Shown here piece after piece: positions 59,396-64,000 of a stretch of DNA of 64,000 bases. The notes beneath the pieces are model-generated. The model was not told the DNA's origin, did not search any database, and was given only the letters and a program-made list of their open reading frames with translations. A program made the translations under genes and the position numbers. Source of the DNA: Candidatus Sumerlaeota bacterium. GTDB taxonomy: Bacteria > Sumerlaeota > Sumerlaeia > JAFGJS01. The stretch's first letter is position 1. The number at the start of each line of letters is the position of its first letter. The stretch is from positions 5,895 to 69,894 of the forward strand of contig JAFGJS010000037.1 in assembly GCA_016928995.1 (NCBI GenBank), given 5' to 3'.

Positions 59396-60940
59396 TTATT
59401 GTTCGTATTGGGATCCGGCATTGGCATTTGTATTCGCCGTGCCCGGCTCCCATGAGGAAGCTTGACCTGGGATGAGTTTTTTATATGAAACGATGGCTTC
59501 GCTCAACTGACTTCCCTTCACCTGGATTGGCGACTTGATCAGTTCGGGAACCTGCAGCACCCAGACTAACTTGTCATAGTATGCCGGATCCTTTTGAGGC
59601 AGCACAAAGGGTTTGTGCGCCTCGCCGGTCTCGTCTACATAACTGATAAAGGGCCGGGAAAAACGGCCATCGATGCGACGGCTGCTGAACACGATCCAGC
59701 GGCTGTTGCTGCTCCAGCTGTGCCATGATTCGTTTTGTTCGCTGCTGATGGACAGCCTGCGATGCTCGCCGTTGGACAAATCCAGCATATGCAAATCGGA
59801 TTTGAGCTTATCCACGGGAAAATCGCTATGATCCGCAACGTTGAATAAAAGAAACCGGCCGTCGGGCGAGAAGCGCGGCTGGTTGATGCTGCCGTTCACT
59901 TCCTTTGCGGTCAGGACGGTCTCCAGTTCACCCCACTCTCCGCTTTCCATGTCGTAGCGGATTCGCATCAAATCGCATCGCACCTGGTGATAGAGTTCCT
60001 CAGGCAGTTGCGGCGCGCTGCAGAAATACAGGTATCGCCCATCGCGGGACCACTCTGGAAAAGTCTCCATGCGTTTCGGATTGCTGATCTTGCTATTGCT
60101 GATAACCTCTCCGGTTTCCACGCGATACAGATCCAGATCGCTGGCGTGGTCGAACACGTCGCGCACTTCCTCGGCGTTCGTATGGATCAGCATTTGGAAT
60201 TTATTGTCGCTGATGGCAAGCAGCTTGCCGCTGGGATGCCAAGCGACGAAGTTGACTTTGCCGGACGTCTGATCGGACTTCACACGTTTGGGCATGACTT
60301 CATCATTTTCGACCAGCAGCATCGGCGTGCCATATGCGCCGGATCTTGTCTGCAGCACCATATGATTCGGATCGTTGTTGAGGAAAGTATGACAATTCAC
60401 GCATCCGTAGCCGAACGACCGGTTGTGCAACACCACCGATTCATCGTAGTTTTCCAGATTCCGTTGATAAATGCCCAGATTTCTCCAGATGAGGCAAAGT
60501 TGGATTCGCCGGTACGCCAGGTAAGGATCAATCTCCTCCTGCGTGATGGAATTCTCGATCGGCTCGAACCGGCTCCAGTTGTTTTCGCGGTCTTTCACAG
60601 ATACTTCAAAATAAAGTTTCCGCCCGCGGTTGGAGTCCAGCAGTTTTTTCCAACGATCCACCGGGATTTCAATATCTGGCTTTCGACTGTGAATCTCGAT
60701 AGGATCGCCGTCTTTGGAGTAAATTTTCACATAATGACCGGCGCCGTTCTCTTCGATGAGAAAATTCAAGGGGGCGATATTCGGAGGGATGACGACGCCG
60801 CAATAGTCCGGACGGATTTTCGCGGGACGGTCGACAGAGCGGGATGCACCGACGGCGGCCTGCTTGCCGCACTGGACAAAAACCAACGCGCAAACTGACA
60901 ATGCCGCAAACGTCAATGTCAATGATATCCTCGTTTTCAT
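59396..60940 (-). CDS. Secreted PD40/TolB-like beta-propeller protein with a CxxCH motif (module copy B).
   Basis: Paralogue of 55498..57039. GCVNCH at about 60385-60405. The N-terminal roughly 110 aa is nearly identical to copy A. Confidence 0.6.
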   Translation of the reverse strand: MKTRISLTLTFAALSVCALVFVQCGKQAAVGASRSVDRPAKIRPDYCGVVIPPNIAPLNFLIEENGAGHYVKIYSKDGDPIEIHSRKPDIEIPVDRWKKLLDSNRGRKLYFEVSVKDRENNWSRFEPIENSITQEEIDPYLAYRRIQLCLIWRNLGIYQRNLENYDESVVLHNRSFGYGCVNCHTFLNNDPNHMVLQTRSGAYGTPMLLVENDEVMPKRVKSDQTSGKVNFVAWHPSGKLLAISDNKFQMLIHTNAEEVRDVFDHASDLDLYRVETGEVISNSKISNPKRMETFPEWSRDGRYLYFCSAPQLPEELYHQVRCDLMRIRYDMESGEWGELETVLTAKEVNGSINQPRFSPDGRFLLFNVADHSDFPVDKLKSDLHMLDLSNGEHRRLSISSEQNESWHSWSSNSRWIVFSSRRIDGRFSRPFISYVDETGEAHKPFVLPQKDPAYYDKLVWVLQVPELIKSPIQVKGSQLSEAIVSYKKLIPGQASSWEPGTANTNANAGSQYEQ

Positions 60941-61013
60941 GGCCTTTCCCGTTGTAAATCCCTTGAGAAATTTCTAACCAGCCTGATCGGCGGCCCCGCG
61001 CCGTATTTTCAAA

Positions 61014-63065
61014 TCACCGTATCAACTGACATCCTGCAAAGCCATAGATGTTATAGAAATAATATGTGCCGCCGAATTGATCCGCCAATTCGTTCAAAGC
61101 CGCCTGTTGATCGCCATACTTACTCGATGCGCTGAGGAAAGTTTGGAATCGCTTGAGCGATTCCGGGCTGATTTCATAACCATGTAAATCCGGTTTTTCA
61201 CCCGTGGTCTGAGTATAGATGAGCAATGCTTCCTCAAGCGCTCGCGGGATTGCGGAATAATGAAATTCACTCAGACGTTCGATGTTTTGAACGATCTCCG
61301 GAACCTTTCCGCGCTGAAGATAATCGACCATTAAGTATTCAAACGCCATCCGGTTATGCTTGTTTTTGGCGAGCAACTCTTCGAGAGAACACCCATAGAT
61401 GCTGTCGTTGTCCGGCGTCAGGGAACGGACTTGTTGAATTTCCTCGTCCGCAGAAAAATCAGGATCTGCCTCGAGCCGGTCCAACAGTTTCTGCGCCTGG
61501 TCCCTGTAAAAAAAATCCTCACGCAAGGTGAGCAGGAACGTGCGCGCGGTATCCGGCCGGCGCTTGACGATATTGATCAAGGCCAGCCGCTTCAAGCCCA
61601 TTGGATGGTATTGCAGCCCCGTCAAGGCGTCCAAGGCGTAGTGTTCGGCGCCATTGACGCGCCCCAGTTCATAAAAAGTCTCGCTGAGATCCAAAAATCG
61701 AGCCCTTTTTTCCATCGCAGATAATGATCTTGATGCAGCTTCCACATTATAAAGGCACCAGCCGGTTGGTTGGGGATAGGCGAACATGTCATCAAGCAGC
61801 CGGCCGCTATGATAGAGCGCTCGATTGACATCATGGCAATAGCAGACGTTGAAGCGTTCCGCCTCGAGTTTGCGGCCTTCGCGCAGAACATCGTCCCACA
61901 TCCGCTGCTGAGAATAATAGCGAATGCGAAGATAGTGTCGTTCTTGATGATTCGTTGAAAACAGGACGGCGCTGAAAATGACAATCAGCAGGATCGCCGC
62001 AGATAACATGCCCTGCGATTGGCTTGCAATCTGGCTTGTATCGGCTTTGCTTTGCTCAATCTTGCCTTTTTTGTTTTTCCGCTCTTTCTTTTTTTGGGCT
62101 TTGCCCTTATTGGCCTTGAAACGTCTGAATCGATCCTGGAGCTTGTCGCCGTTATAGCGCCAATACACGCAAGCCAATCCAGCGATCGGAAAAAAAACAT
62201 AGAGAAAATAATAGAGCACGGGTCCATGAAAATAAACGGTTAATGGATCGTACGGCACGATTGCCGGATCATTGGGCAGGATGCAAAGATATGCTTCGGC
62301 GGCATTGATGTCGAACAGCAGCGCGCTAATCGCGAGGGGGATCAGCGCCGCTGAGGCCAGCGTCCCAAGACCAACAAGCCAAGCTCGTTTGATCAGCGAT
62401 TCATACAGCGCGCAAAGCATCACGAACGGCAGATATGCGAATACCGCCGCGTAGTAGATCGCGACGGAAAAAATTAAAAACAGAACGAAGCGAAGCGTGC
62501 CACGCCGCATGCATGCGCGAGTATAAAGGTAAAACAGCAGCAGACCAAGCGCGAGCGATATATTCTCCATCAGGTAGTGATGGTAGCGGCTGTATTGCAG
62601 CAGGACCACAATCGCCGGAATGAAGCGAAACGCCCGCAGCCGACCGCCGCTTATCGCATCCAGGCATTGGCCGGTTCCCCAACTCAGCAGTCCGGCGGCG
62701 GCGGTGATGATCAGCGCTCCCGCCCATGAATAGTGGAAACAATAGAGCAGCACACCCGCTGCACACACTGCGGTTTTGCCGGGAAAATCCGGCATTTCCA
62801 CAAATCCTCCCGAGCCCGGAACGTAAGGCGGCAGACGCCAAAAGCTAGGAAGACTGAAGTGAATCAGCCTTGGATCGAGATAGAGGAAGATATAAAGAAA
62901 AAACAGGAGATAAAAAAACAGGCTAAAAAAAAACGCCTCGCGCCTCCCGCCGTTCGCTGCATCTGAATGCGGCGCGTCAACCATCGTCCGCTGCTCCCGC
63001 GGTGTTTTTGCAGAATTGAAAATCCAATAGCAACAAGCCATGCCTGCAATCCGCGCGAAAGTCAA
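61014..63065 (-). CDS. Polytopic membrane protein with a C-terminal TPR-like domain (module copy B).
   Basis: Paralogue of 57165..59189, with the same architecture and a similar poly-basic loop (QKKKERKNKKGK). Confidence 0.55.
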   Translation of the reverse strand: MTFARIAGMACCYWIFNSAKTPREQRTMVDAPHSDAANGGRREAFFFSLFFYLLFFLYIFLYLDPRLIHFSLPSFWRLPPYVPGSGGFVEMPDFPGKTAVCAAGVLLYCFHYSWAGALIITAAAGLLSWGTGQCLDAISGGRLRAFRFIPAIVVLLQYSRYHHYLMENISLALGLLLFYLYTRACMRRGTLRFVLFLIFSVAIYYAAVFAYLPFVMLCALYESLIKRAWLVGLGTLASAALIPLAISALLFDINAAEAYLCILPNDPAIVPYDPLTVYFHGPVLYYFLYVFFPIAGLACVYWRYNGDKLQDRFRRFKANKGKAQKKKERKNKKGKIEQSKADTSQIASQSQGMLSAAILLIVIFSAVLFSTNHQERHYLRIRYYSQQRMWDDVLREGRKLEAERFNVCYCHDVNRALYHSGRLLDDMFAYPQPTGWCLYNVEAASRSLSAMEKRARFLDLSETFYELGRVNGAEHYALDALTGLQYHPMGLKRLALINIVKRRPDTARTFLLTLREDFFYRDQAQKLLDRLEADPDFSADEEIQQVRSLTPDNDSIYGCSLEELLAKNKHNRMAFEYLMVDYLQRGKVPEIVQNIERLSEFHYSAIPRALEEALLIYTQTTGEKPDLHGYEISPESLKRFQTFLSASSKYGDQQAALNELADQFGGTYYFYNIYGFAGCQLIR

Positions 63066-63209
63066 GCGCTATGCCGGGAACGGCCGGTTAACCGTTACAT
63101 TGTATACAGGATCGCGCTTGATCTGCAATCAGTTGACGACGCGGCATCAGATCCAGATCTGCCTTGTGGCGAATCCGAGTTGCGTTTTGCGCGGCGACTT
63201 TCTTCACGC

Positions 63210-64000
63210 TCATTCAAGCCGTTTCCGGTAATACTCCTGAACGATAAAGAAGGCCTGCTTGCGTTCGCCGCGCTCGGAGACGAGGCCCTTGCGATTCCAG
63301 CCGTCCTGGATGCCGGGCAACATGCGCAGCGGCGTGCGGAAGTCGACCAGAACCCAGGGCGCACAGCCGCGGAAATTGGCGATCCGCTCCAGCATGGGAA
63401 ACGACTCACGATAGACCCACGCCTGGAACTCCTCCGTCCAACGCGTCTCTTTGTCCCCGTGAAAACCAAACAGCGCGCCGGCGCCAAACTCGCTGATGAT
63501 CAGCGGCTTGTCGAAGCGCACTTCGTAATCGCTGGTCTTGCATGCATCGGGCAGGCCGTCGTACCAGCCGATATATTGATTGAGCGCAATCACATCCAGC
63601 TGCTCTCCGAGAGCGTCGCTGATGACCTTCTTGCCTGTGCCTTCGATCTTGTCCGGTTGCAGCGCCGCGCTGACCAGCCGCGTGTCATCGAGGCTCCGCA
63701 CATGATCGGCCATCGCCTTCAGGAATTTATTGCGCGGCTCCGTCCTTCCCGTTTCGTTGCAGATCGACCAGATGATCACGGCGGCGCGGTTGCGGTCGCG
63801 GTTGATCATCTCGCCCATCTGGCGTTTGGCGTTTTCCAGGACTTGGTCGTCGCCCCAATGGATGCCCCAGTAAAGCGGCAATTCCCCCCACAACAGGATT
63901 CCCCACTCATCGGCGAGCCGGATGATGTTTTCATTATGCGGATAGTGCGCCAGCCGGACGAAGTTGCAATTCAATTCCTTGGCGTAACCCAGAAATCGCT
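63210..64000 (-). CDS. Glycoside hydrolase family 2 (beta-galactosidase/beta-glucuronidase-like) TIM-barrel domain; 5'-partial, the N-terminus lies beyond the window end.
   Basis: NFVRLAHYP ... IIWSICNE (catalytic acid context) ... ISEFG (nucleophile context). Confidence 0.8.
   Translation of the reverse strand, partial: RFLGYAKELNCNFVRLAHYPHNENIIRLADEWGILLWGELPLYWGIHWGDDQVLENAKRQMGEMINRDRNRAAVIIWSICNETGRTEPRNKFLKAMADHVRSLDDTRLVSAALQPDKIEGTGKKVISDALGEQLDVIALNQYIGWYDGLPDACKTSDYEVRFDKPLIISEFGAGALFGFHGDKETRWTEEFQAWVYRESFPMLERIANFRGCAPWVLVDFRTPLRMLPGIQDGWNRKGLVSERGERKQAFFIVQEYYRKRLE

Larger units (their letters stand above)
55440..63120. repeat. Tandem duplication (2 units of about 3.9 kb) of a two-gene module, including about 50 nt of flanking non-coding sequence at each unit boundary.
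   Basis: The intergenic sequences match across units (59190-59240 with 63066-63110; 55440-55500 with 59340-59400). Coding identity is mosaic: about 90%+ nucleotide identity across the 5' third of the PD40 genes and much lower elsewhere. Confidence 0.7.

Overview
This is a 64 kb GC-rich (about 60% GC) segment of a bacterial chromosome. Almost all of it is coding, on both strands. I found no rRNA, CRISPR array, transposase or integrase.

The conserved backbone consists of:
- A 5'-partial two-component pair (sensor kinase and receiver protein).
- An ECF sigma factor overlapping a zinc-type (HxxxCxxC) anti-sigma factor.
- The str operon rpsL-rpsG-fusA on the minus strand, followed by a small Cys-rich ORF rather than tuf.
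- prs, a Ca2+/Na+ antiporter, htpX, dprA and a PpiD-like chaperone.
- The cluster rpsB-tsf-pyrH-frr-uppS-cdsA-dxr on the minus strand.
- sod, an FtsW/RodA-family protein, a GT9 heptosyltransferase, a HtrA/DegP protease and a 1094-aa polytopic membrane protein.
- rpmH (missed by the ORF track; found by hand at 42792..42965), rnpA, yidD, yidC and jag, followed by a convergent trmB.
- An orphan Wzt-like ABC ATPase, a GT4 glycosyltransferase, an aminotransferase co-transcribed with an NtrC-type sigma-54 activator, and tRNA-Gly(UCC).

Accessory-looking parts:
1. A low-GC ORF6N gene sits between the two-component pair and the sigma/anti-sigma pair.
2. A low-GC islet (34.8-36.3 kb) carries a secreted helical protein and an O-methyltransferase. 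It is bounded by a long hairpin and a nested palindrome. Next to it lies about 600 bp of structured non-coding sequence with a roughly 65-nt direct repeat and a 24-codon CxxxC mini-ORF.
3. An operon encodes a GT2-methyltransferase fusion and a MATE/MOP transporter.
4. A tandemly duplicated roughly 3.9 kb two-gene module (55.4-63.1 kb) is the most striking feature. Each copy encodes a polytopic membrane protein with a TPR-like C-terminal domain and a secreted PD40 beta-propeller protein carrying a conserved CxxCH motif. The two copies show mosaic identity consistent with gene conversion. I regard this as the best candidate for an undescribed envelope system.

Several unusual simple-sequence motifs recur in intergenic regions: (CGTTCT)n, GATTAGG/GATTAAG, TAGGGTCTGGGG and an ATCGAAATCGGGATCG inverted repeat. 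The CGTTCT motif also occurs in-frame inside the 1094-aa membrane protein gene.
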